Below are positions 23,174 to 34,060 of a DNA stretch of 64,000 bases, one piece after another. Origin of the DNA: Eutreptiella sp. 'Long Island Sound 2002' (lineage: Eukaryota > Protista > Euglenida). A program made the translations under genes and the position numbers. Within the stretch, counting starts at the first letter, position 1, and every line of letters begins with the position of its first letter. The DNA lies in contig OZ038378.1 of the NCBI GenBank assembly GCA_964036045.1, positions 171,554,001-171,618,000 of the forward strand, given 5' to 3'. The notes under the pieces are model-generated. The model was not told the DNA's origin and did not search any database. It saw only the letters and a list, made by a program, of their open reading frames with translations.

Positions 23174-23541
23174 TGCAATGACGTGCACGGGTGGTATAGG
23201 GCACGCATTGAGCAGCTCCTTGCTCGGTTGTGGCATTGGGAACATCTAGCGTGGCGGCCCCAATGAGTTGCACCAGTCGGTATTTTGTTGCATTTTATTT
23301 ACACAATTTTGCATTCGGAGGCAAGTCTGTCACCCCCCCCCCCCCCCCCCCTACGGACCATGGGAGCATGTCGCGGCTCATGTTTGGACTGACCAAAGCA
23401 ACTCGGCCGCCACGCAAGATGAGGCAGAGGATGAGGCAGAAGTGTGTGTGTTGTGTTGCTAGAAGCGCTCCACCATCGCAGTTTGTGATGAGTGTAAGGA
23501 GCACTGATGTAATGAATGTATTGACACCCACACTTGTGGGA
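23174..23541 (+). pseudogene. 3' remnant of a DDE_Tnp_4-like transposase with C-terminal Cys/His finger
   Basis: CNDVHGWYRARIEQLLARLWHW..QFCIRRQV..YGPWEHVAAHVW..VCVLCC..CDECKEH*CNECIDTHTCG aligns by eye with 41490-41870; contains stops and frameshifts. Confidence 0.8.
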
Positions 23542-25184
23542 CCAATGTTGTTTGTTAAGTACAATATAAATGACATTTGGAGTTGTTGAATTCACAGCTA
23601 TTGCTTTATTGTGGAACGTGCTTTGTAGGGAAGGTGTGCAGTGCAACGTGGTCTACTTGGGGGGCTTCTCCATGAGAGGGTAAATCTGGGGCTGAAGTCG
23701 GGATAGTTAATAGAAAGGTGGCGCACCGGGCAAACATTCCCCCAATTGTTCATTTGCTGTGTATTGGGTATGTTCCGGCAGGGGAGGGGGTGGGGTGGGA
23801 AGCTCCCACCTAGACCCCCTTCCCCCCTCTGCTCAAGCAAGTCCCTGTCTCCACCCCCCTCTCTGAAGACTGTCTCATTACTGACAAGTTGAAAGATGCG
23901 ACCCGAATGTAACAACCACCCCCAAAACAGTGAATGCATGCCGTGTATGCATGCACACCTCAGCAGCTCCGAATACTATGCTGGGTTACAAGAATCCTCA
24001 CAGAGAACCAAAGATGCAATACATCAGTGAATTCATTGCTTTGCTTGCATCCCCAAAGGCATCGGTTCACCACATAACACCCATTGCACACTTCACACTA
24101 GATACTGCCTGCCATACATCATGCACTACACCAACTAAAAATAGCTGACTCTTCCAATTCCCTCTGAAAGCCACACTTATATGGTAACCGTCCCCCTTCA
24201 AGTGCATCAAACTGGAAGTGCCGACTGGCAAACTTACACCACTTTTATGGTTCAGCCCCATGCCACCCAGGGCTTTGCACCCGGGCTCCAGGGTCCACCA
24301 ATCATCAGCCCGAGCACAGAACTATCGACAAATCTCCCCTCCTCACTGCCAAGATCTGTTAAATGCACACCTTTTAAGACAGCCACAACAGCCAGACCAC
24401 CGTCCCCCATCCTTCACACCACATTAAAATCACACCAACTCTCCAACACCACGCGCCCACAAACAACTCAACCACCCCTCCCCGCACACGCACATATAGA
24501 CATCCTGGGGTGTGACCACCCTGATCCCCCCACCCCACATTCTAGTCATCCCATCAGCCATTCCGCTATGCACAGGTGCCAGCAACCGGTGCTCAAATCA
24601 TGGACCATCTGTTTTCCAGCAGTCCCTCAAATCCTCCTGGCCTAAACCTGACCTGAAGTAGTTTGCAAGGGTCCCCTTTGAGATTGAGATAACAAAAACC
24701 CATCCACCCAATCTGACCAATTTGCAAGCGATTGCAGAACAGAAATGGGATGGCGGGGGATGAAGAGTAAGTAAGTAAGTATGGCGGTTGGCACTTCCAG
24801 GTGTACAAACTGGGCTGAGTTTTCAGGATGGGGCCTTTGCCATCAACACTGAGGAGTGGGCCGGTGAGCACTTTGGGCTGTATGCACTGGTCTAAGTTTT
24901 TAGGAACAAATTGGTCAGGCAGTCCATCTCAGCCTCATCTGAGCCATTTGCCCTCTGGCCTGCATTGCAGTGGGCAAACATTTGAGGAATGTTTGCTGCA
25001 GGTGGCCGTTATTTCACGCCGTTTTGTGAATTTTGGTACAAATGGCGGCAGCACTATCATGTGAGGCATCGCGCACCCACCTCAGCCATGGGCCCCTGCC
25101 CTGGCACCTTATCAACCATTACAGCCCATGCCCCTCGCACTTTCATTCACTCCCCTTTTCCGAGGTTTTTTTTTTGTGTTCGCG

Positions 25185-28100
25185 ATGGTCTCTTTCGATG
25201 CCATGAAGGCTGGCGGCACCCGCATGGCCTCCCTGAAAGCAAACGGACCGCGTGGTGCCGACCCTCAGCGCCCACCACAGGAGGCCACACCCACCACTGC
25301 CAACTTGGACCGCTTCCACCAGCTCTATGCCTCTGTGGCAGACCCGCAGCGGGACCCCTTGGACTGCGAATCCCTCGCATCGTTTCATGACAGCCCCCCA
25401 ATGACCACACTGGGTGGCACGAGGGCAGCACAAGAGGCATGCCCCACCGGAGGGCCCGTCTTCAAGCGCTTGGCTATGCGACAATTGCACGTCGATGATG
25501 AGCAGGAGCATGAGCGGTATGAGGGGGCCACGGCACCACGGCAGTGCCAGATCCTCGCAGAGCCATCGGCGCTGAAGCTCAACTTGATGGACCCTCGTGT
25601 TAACAGGTGCGGCTCCCCTTCTGGGCAGGAGGTTGCTGGACCAGCCCATGGTACTATAAGTCACAACCCTTGAGATGAAATGTCGGTCTCCCTTTGGTGG
25701 GGGGTGTACATGTGCTTAAGGCTCCCAACGTTCCTGCCATTCGCACAAATAGTAGGCTTACAATCACGGGGGGTGTGGCTCCGCGGATCCTAGGACACCA
25801 ACTACCCCTCCCCCCCCCCCCCCCTAGGGGGCCTCCGGCCAACAGTTAGCTGTCAAGGGTGCCGGCCTCAGGAGTCCATGGGCGCCAAAGGCGCCCGAAG
25901 CAAATCACCTCGATTTTTGTTCACTTTGCAGCCCAACACTATCCTTAAACCCAACCCTGACCCTAACGCCCACCCCAGCCCTGAGCCTAGTCCTACCCCT
26001 ACCCCTACCCCTACCCCTACCCCTAACCAGGATTGAATATTGGGACCGAGCTGGTGGGGGAAGGAACGTTGTCTAGGAGACTTCAACGACAAATGAGGTA
26101 CGCACTAGAAAGTGGATGAGAGCGGCTCAAATGGGGCTCAAAATGAGCTGTATTCATCCGTTTGGGCTTTTTCCAAAAATGATCCAAGACCATTTGGGGT
26201 GCACAAACAAGTGGAATGAGTCCATTTTGAGCCCATGTTGAGCAATTTTGGCCCCTCTCAAGGCCGAAAGGGCCTTGAAAATGGGCCACTTTGGGATCAC
26301 AAATGGCTCAAAAATGGGTCAAAACCATGGTTTTCCAAACATGATCCTAGTCCAGTTCCATTTTTGACTGAGTTTTGGTCACAAAACAGCCCATTTTCAA
26401 GGCATTTTGTGACTCTGGAGGGGCCAAAATGGCTTGCAATGGGCTCAAAAAGGGCTCATTTCACTTGTTTAGGCACAGTGCTTCTGGCTACTGGGGAGTG
26501 TAGCGCGCACCGTGAGCGCACGTTCCTGGGAGGGGGCCTCTGGGGGTCTGCTTTCGATGGGAGAGAGATTGGAGGCCACTGTAGTTGGACCATCCCCACA
26601 AGGGGAAAGGTGCGCATCCAGGTAATTGCATTTGGCAAAATAACTCTTTGGCAGTCCCTGCCGAACAAAAAGATGCAGAGGTTGCAGTCACCGCATGCCA
26701 TATCTGTGCACATCGCATTATTGGGGAGTGCTCCTCCTGCCGTTTGCGTTGTGCCCAGTGCCATGAAGGTCATGAATGGAGAGAGAAGACAATGAATCTA
26801 TTCTGTTGTGTTGCTCAATGCTTGCTCTTTTCTTGATTTCTTCCGATGCTTTTGCAGGTTTTTGGGTGCCTCCATGGACGTTTTTTCTGGGGGCAGATGT
26901 TCAGGGCAGGAACGAACCATTTTTCTGGAGACCTTGTGCACGCACTGTGTGCGGACTGTGGGGCAACACACCCTAGGCTCAGGCTGGGACAAAGGTAAGG
27001 GCATGTCTGGATAGTGGGCTTGTATGCACACGGTACTTGGCGGGAATCTTGGCACCCCAGCAAAAGGTGATGGATACAACAGTGTCTGGGACCATGGAAC
27101 TGCACTGAGAACTTTCGGGGCCCCGGATAGGACCCAATCGAACCAGCTAGTCCTGTGTCCTGACCACACTAGACCTGGATGGGGGACAGCCACAGCCCCC
27201 ATCCATCCCAATATGCATGCAATGCACCCAATCATCACTAACAAGACACGGTAACGTACGTTATTGAAAAGAACTATCTCCCGACCGCCAAACAGCACAT
27301 CGGCCCAATGGCATCTGACGCACTGGTAGCCTGGAGGGGCTGGAGAAGGGAGGTTGGGCTTGGATGATTCGGCCGGCACAGACTGGATTCTGGTGCCCCC
27401 GGGTTCTTCACTCTGCATCCTCATCCTCCAGGTCTTTGGAGTCGTCCTACACAAGGGAGCCCTTCAGGCCCAACCTGCAGCTGAGCTACAACGGCTACGA
27501 GTTCTCCGAGCACAGTGGAGAGAGTGGCGGGTGCAGCAGCTCCCGTACTATCAGCTCAGGCATTAGCTCACAGGAGACATACCCCGTGCCTGAGCGTGAC
27601 CACTGCTTGACGCGCCGCTGCCTGCCCGACACCTCCAGTGACACCTCCAGCGACCCGGTCGCCCCCCTGTCGCCACACGTACACTTTGGGGGCACACACA
27701 CGTGCCCGCAGTCGCGATCGGAGATGGCGTTCGAGATTGAGGACAAGCTGACTTTCCTGCTCAAGAACCAGGCGTCCCTCCCGGCGGAGGACCGCATGGA
27801 GATGTTGCAGGAGATCCATTCCCTCGAGCACGACTACAGCGTCAGATGCGGCGGGGATGCGGCAGTTGTCAAGCAGCCGAAACCGTCCCCAGGGAAGCCG
27901 AAGCGCGATGAACGTGAATTGCAGCAGGTGCTGGCGTCGGCAGAGGCGTTTGGGACCAGGGCCTTGGGGAGCCATGTGAGTTTTCTTTTTCGTTGTGTCG
28001 AGGGCGGCCCTTTCAGACCATTTCGAGCCAACGGCGGTTGGTGGTAACCGACGGGCCAGCGCCGGCGGTTGGTGGGGACCGACGAGCAATTAAGGGTGGT

Positions 28101-31100
28101 TGCGTGAAGCATCATACGGTCGTCATGGCATCCAAGTCCCTGCCGGCGGGGCAGGCTTAACATGCAACTTCCATGGCTGTGAGGTCGGAGGGCACTTTCC
28201 ACCACTTATGGACTTATGCTCCACTGAGAAGGCTCCCCATACAAGGCCCCCCCGAAAAGCGCTGTCAGTCAGCATCGGACTCCACTGATGCCTCAAAAAA
28301 CTGTCAGTCATGCTCCATGAGCACTCACACAAATACTGAGCGCCCCCCAAAGACACCAGCCTTTTCATTGAGGCCAACAACAGGATGCACTCAAGCCAAC
28401 AAATGCCGCATGTGACTATTCAGGGCCCACACCGATGGTGCATAGCCTAGTGTATCGCCACAGTGTATGGCCCCAGTGCGAAGCCCCGGTCCGGCATGTT
28501 GACGAAATGCTGAATACGGGGAGATTGGCCAGGGCCCTTATTCCCCCCCCCCCTTCTTGTCCGAGAGGCATTCCCACCGACTTTTGCATCATCAGGTCTT
28601 TAATAGACTGTCACAGCCCAAGAGGCGCGAGTCTCCCAAGAAGCCCAAGATCGCTCCACACAAAGTCAGCAACCCCATGTATGAGAACGTCAAGCCCAAA
28701 GTCTACGACCCCAAGCCCAAACCAGTGGATCCTGCCGATGGGCGGAGGTCCAAAGCAGGTGCCAAGGGCAAGAAAGCCCCAGCGGTGGGCCCAAAGAAGT
28801 TCTCGGGTGCGGATTATCCCCAATGGCAGGCATGGAAGATCGCCAACGGATTCACGGATGAGGATGAGGACCAATATGTGGGTGCAGTGGATAATGAGGC
28901 GTACCAACCCAACGCGTGTGCCCATCCTTTGCAGCATGCAGCTTGGTATGCATCGTGTAAAGTGTGTAGTGCGCACCCCTGTGCAAATTGACATGCCTCC
29001 CAGCCCCTCTAAAGTGCAAAACAAATCTGTCAGTTGAATGTCAGCCAAACAAATGTAAACTGAAGCCACGAGGATGAAACAAACGTTTGCAGGGGCAAAA
29101 CGATGGTTACCTGTTGCTGGGACAAGAAGTTGTTGCTGAGACAGGGAGCGTATCTGGTCCCCAACCAGGAGCACATCTTTGAGACAGTCACTGGCCTTAC
29201 AATTTTGTCATGCACCACCAGCGCGCACAGCGCACATGCTAAGGGTAGGATAACGGGGGTCACCTGTGGGTCCAAAAGTGGTCAAAAATAATTTTTTAAA
29301 AAATTGTTTCCAGACCACTTGGGGTGCTCAAACAAGTGGTTTAAAGCTATTTTGAGCCTGAGTTCCCCCATATTAGCCCATGCAAGTTCCCCAAAACCTT
29401 TGAAATTGGCAATTTTAAGACTGACAATGGGTACGGGGGATCCGGGGGGGTGTGTGTGCTGTGTTTGAACGCCGTAGATTGCGTAGGGCGGTGATGAATA
29501 TTGATGACGGGGATTACTTGCAAGCTATTTCCGTGCAGTCAACACCCTTCAGTACCCCATTGGAGTGGTACAGAGTGCATGTGCTAGGGCAGGGTTACCG
29601 GGGCCTATGGGTCCAAAAGTGGTCAACAATGATTTTTTCCAAAGGTGTTCCTTCATCCTATTGGGGGGCTCAAACAAGTGGTTTAAAGGCCATTTTGAGC
29701 CATCTTGGACCCACATGAGCCCGTGCAAGCCCCCAAAAAGCCCTGAAATCGGCAATTTTGGGACTAACAATACAACACAGGAGGGTCCGCGGGGAATGCA
29801 AGTGGAGGGTTGATAGGTGAGGAGTGCGGGTGGAGTGCTAGGTGGCATGTCTCTTACACAAGCGGAGCCATTTTGGACCCATGTGACCGCAGGCAAGCTC
29901 CAAAAAAGCCTTGAAATGGTTAATCTTGGGACTTACAATGCTGCAAACGGGGGTCCAGGGGGAATGCACGGGGAGGGGTGATAGGGGAGGGGCACAAGAG
30001 GAGTGCTGGGGGCATGTCTCTTGAGCAAGCGAAGCAAACGAGGAAGGGCTTTGAGGGTGGAATCATGGTTGAAGTGGCGGGAATGGTTTCTGGTGTCCCT
30101 CAACATGCATCCTTATGCAGCCCCATAGCTGATATTCCCACCCCCACCAGCTCTGTCCCAATATTGAGTCTTGATTAGGGTCAGGGTCAGAGTTAGGGTA
30201 CTAGAGTACTAACCTTCAGTGCTACAGAATTGCTCAAGGACCACGTGCAGGCCGAGGGGTGAAAAATTTTTTCGGAAAGGGAGAGAGATTTTGGGTCTCT
30301 ACACGTCTGTAACTACACAACAACCAAAAGGAAGGTATGTTTGGGGCTTGGGATTGAGATCCAGGTCATGTAGGAACCCCCTGGAAGTAAACAACACAAT
30401 CGTGGAACATCCTAGGGGATGGGCGACAAGTTTGACTCTGATGACAATTTGATTTATGCGCAGCACGGGGGGGGTCTCCTCCGTTCAGGTACGCGACCCC
30501 CCCCCCCCTCCCTGCCCTCCGGGCCCACTTAGTTACCAAGGGTCAATAGCTACCGGCCATACATATGGTGGCGCCAAAGGCGCCCAAAAATCTTTTTTTC
30601 ATTCCCCTTGCCTATGTAGCACCCCTCCTCGCCCAGGCAGTGGAGCACCCCAACACTATCCTTGAACCCAACCTTGACTCTAACGCCAACCCCAACTCTC
30701 AGCCTGCTCCTAACCCTACACCTAACCCTACCCCTGACCCTAACCCAGCCCTAACCCAGCCCTAACCCAGCCCTAACCCTAGCCCTAGCTCTTACCGTGG
30801 GCTGGGGTTAGAGTGAGTGTTGGGGTCCAAAATGGAGAGCGATGATGTGGCAAAAGCAGCCATGAATGAAATTTGGGGGTTCTTGTTCCACCCAATCAAC
30901 ATGGCTGGCATGGCCAAACCAGCTTACTGCAAAGGTTAGGGTTCGGTTTATGGTGATGGTATGGTTAGAGGGGGCAAGGGGAGGTAAGGGGAGCCTGTGC
31001 CCCCCTCTCCCCCCCCCCCCACCCCAAATCGCCCCACCTGGACCCCCCCCCCCCAACCGACCCTCCCGACTGCCCCCTGCCCCCCGTCGCCCTCCCTGAA

Positions 31101-31669
31101 CCCCCCTCCAATGCACTGGGGGCCTTTGGCCCACTTCTACTGGGGGGGGAGTCGCGTACAAGAACAAGGAGACCCCCCCCCCCCCGTGGTGCGCTGCTGA
31201 CATCCGGCTTCTGCAGAGCCAGAGCCCCAGGCTGGCCTATGAAAAATTACGGGGGGGGTTACCCCTGGAATTTTTTGCACGAGAAAATTTCACGAGAAAA
31301 TTTCGCACAGGGTTTATTTTGAAAATTGAGCGGGAAATTTCACACGCTTCCAGAATTGCACTGTCAACCTCCAGCGGGTTAGAGGATTATGCAGTTTGTG
31401 CATGATTAGAATTGGCCGTGATGGCACCATCCACACACGTTGTTTTCAGGCCGCCAACGCAAGATGACCTGCCCACCTTTGCCCATGAGCAACAGGTGTG
31501 CAGGCGCTTCAGTGCAGCCTCCACCGTTGGAGTGCAGTCCTTCCACAGTGCAGACTCTGTTTCACAGCCCTTCGCCAGCGCACCTAGCGCTGCCTACCCT
31601 ACTCCAGACCTCTCTGCACAGGTCTGGCCACCCAGGGAACCTGCAGCACATCGCAGTGAGTGGCTATGA
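25185..31669 (+). CDS. Orphan Ser/Pro/Lys-rich protein; exons 25185-25606, 27432-27975, 28596-28915, 31450-31621 (or to the stop at 31669)
   Basis: Long GC-rich open frames with phase-compatible GT-AG junctions (phases 2, 0, 2); ATG follows a pyrimidine tract. No domain recognised; the 3' end is uncertain. Confidence 0.65.
25881..26028. repeat. Dispersed element with GGCGCCAAAGGCGCC motif followed by a degenerate (CCCTAA/CCCTA)n tract
   Basis: ggcgccaaaggcgcc...cccaacactatcctt.aacccaacc.tgac.ctaacgcc is shared with 30570-30787. Confidence 0.7.
29270..29960. repeat. Degenerate ~320-bp duplicated repeat family, also represented at about 26095-26470
   Basis: gggtccaaaagtggtcaa...aaacaagtggtttaaag..attttgagcc at about 29268 and 29590; aaacaagtgg..ccattttgagccc at about 26204. 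Confidence 0.6.
30570..30787. repeat. Second copy of the GGCGCCAAAGGCGCC / interstitial telomere-like element
   Basis: cctaaccctacacctaaccctacccctgaccctaacccagccctaacccagccctaacccagccctaaccctag tract; head shared with 25881. Confidence 0.7.
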
Positions 31670-33728
31670 GGAGCCTTGCCATTTTTTTTAGGCCTGGGCT
31701 CCTCCACCAATATTGTATGCCTTTTGCTGGTCAGCGGCCAGTGCTGGAAGGAGGGGGAGGCTTCTCCATCCCCATCGAAGCTATGGTATTTCCCAATTGC
31801 TTCCTCCGTCCTCCGTCGCCCCTTTGAAGGGTTTATGACCTCCAGTGACCCCCCAAACCAACCAGATTTGTAGCCTTCCTTGGAACCAGGTCTCAGGGTC
31901 CTTGTGTTTGCAACCATTTTTTGCACCAACTCTCTCTCAAGCACGGGCTTGGCTTCGACCTTTGCCTACTTCTGCTCCTCTACATGTTCTATTCCACCAC
32001 TCTCCCCATCATTTTAAGGCTCTTTACACATCCTTACAGCGTCTTCAACGCTCTCCCGTTCTCTCTCTCTGACCCTTACTCTCCGTCTCCCGAACTTTTT
32101 GCTCCTGGTTTGTGGTTGCCTGCCCGCCACACTCTCTGCGCCACGGAAGGTACTGCTATTCTTTTGCCTTCGTCTCTGTCCACTTGTATCCCTGCCGGCT
32201 CACCAAGGAGTTCATGTACAGGTGTGTTTACACACTGACGTATTGATCGTACATGTGGCACATGGACTCTTTCCAGATATTCATGCACGCCATGCGTGCA
32301 TGCCGTTTGCACCTGCAACTGCTGGAAGTCAGTGACCAACTTCACGGACCATTGGGTGTCACAACGGCATCATGAACCTGATGATGATGACAACAGGCGC
32401 TACGGGCGGTTGATTTTTACTGCCGAGAGTGGCGGAAACCTCACAGGAGTCCAAGCGTGCATGCGACTCATTGGCTGTGCACAGCCAGAAATAGTATTCC
32501 GGTTCATGTTGACTCGTCACATGGATTACTTACTGGACACTCAGTGGTCAATCCTTGTGGGGTTGTGTTTGTGACCATGTGGTGCCTTTGCTTTTCAGAG
32601 TGTTCCCTGGACCGTGGCATCACAGCTTGCCAGCTTACCCCTTCTGCTGCGCAGCCCTGGGGCAGCAGCTCATCGAAAGTGGACTCGTGCAGTGCACGCG
32701 CTCTGTGCGCGTTGCGATGGGGGCGCAATTAGGTTCTGGTTTCGGCATTGTTTTGGCTCATTTTTCAATTTAGGTGAACCACTCTTCAGCCACTCCACTC
32801 TAAATCAACCGCACATACGCCATGTAAAGAGGTGGGGTAGGAAAAGACCAGTGCATATTTCGCGCAACAAACCCATTTTGCTGGGTGACTTGTTACGAAG
32901 GTCTGCTGCAGGGGAATGACCACTGATGGGGGTTCCAAATGGAGTGTTGCATGTTGCTCACTTATAATGAGCACCTTGTGCCGCCACGTTGCTCTCCCCT
33001 TTGGAGGCCCCGGTACGGCAGGAGATGTGGAGCCATGTTCCTCTTTCCTCTCTGCTACAGCAACCCTGCTGCAGCTCTTTTTATACGTGGGAAAATGGGG
33101 TTGTTTCCCAAGGAGATAGTCTAACAGGCGTGCACGCGGTGCAGGTGCCCCACCCTAAGCCTTCTACCTTGCAGGTTTACTTCTATGAACGTTACAGGAA
33201 TGTTATCAGAGCATATAGTAACATTATGGGGGGCTAGGGCCGTTGTACAACTACAAAAGGCGCTTTCTGGTGATGTTGCACCTTTGCATCAACCAGGAAA
33301 TTATTTTTTTCTTGCACCCAGGAATGTCACCCAGCAGTTCCAGGCGGTTGGCACGTAATCAGTGGTTGGCGCGGCAGCTGGTTCTCAACCACGGCTATCG
33401 GGTGGCTTGCGCAAGCAACGGCTGTTGGTCGATGACCATTGGTTCGTCGCTCTGGTCAGTCGCCTAGAACGCCCACTCAACCGAATAGCCGCGGTCGTTC
33501 CATAAAACACCCATCCCTATGACGCATGTCATCCGAACCCAATTTCTGTGCTGTGCAGCGCTGCGACTCCTACTTCTGAAGAGTCATGCGGTGATGCTCC
33601 CTATCATTTCCTCATTTTGCAAGGCATCATCTTGCAATCTTCAGGGCAACTCTTAACGGGTGTGCGCCGGTGCTGCACATCAGGTCATCGCATACTCCGT
33701 TGAGATCTTTGTGTAAGCCCCAGCAGTT

Positions 33729-34060
33729 TTCCTCTTCCTCTTCCTCTTCCTCTTTCTCTTCCTCTTCCTCTTCCTCCTCCTCCTCCTCCTCCTCCTCCTC
33801 CTCCTCTTCCTCTTCCTCCTCCTCTTCCCCTTCCTCTTCCCCTTCCTCTTCCTCTTCCTCTTCCTCTTCCTCTTCCTCTTCCTGTTCCTCCTCCTCCTCC
33901 TCCTCCTCTTCCTCTTCCTCTTCCTCTTCCTCCTCCTCCTCTCCTCTTCCTCTTCCTCTTCCTCTTCCCCTTCCTCTTCCTCTTCCTCTTCCTCTTCCTC
34001 GTCCTCTTCCCCTTCCTCTTCCTTTTCCTCTTCCTCTTCCTTGGCCTCTTCCTCTTCCCC
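33729..34060. repeat. ~330-bp polypyrimidine (TCC/TCTTCC)n microsatellite
   Basis: Almost exclusively C and T, directly visible. Confidence 0.95.

Larger units (their letters stand above)
17309..23743 (+). mobile_element. Non-autonomous PIF/Harbinger-group (IS5-like) DNA transposon, 6.4 kb, carrying a 48-bp satellite and a transposase 3' remnant
   Basis: Imperfect TIR gggggagtgttagc / gcaaacattccccc (12/14); 3-bp TSD aat (17306-17308, 23744-23746); transposase remnant at 23174-23541. Confidence 0.8.

Noticed and set aside
25943-30787. True telomere or chromosome end
   Set aside because: The tracts are short, degenerate, intronic and embedded in a dispersed repeat.
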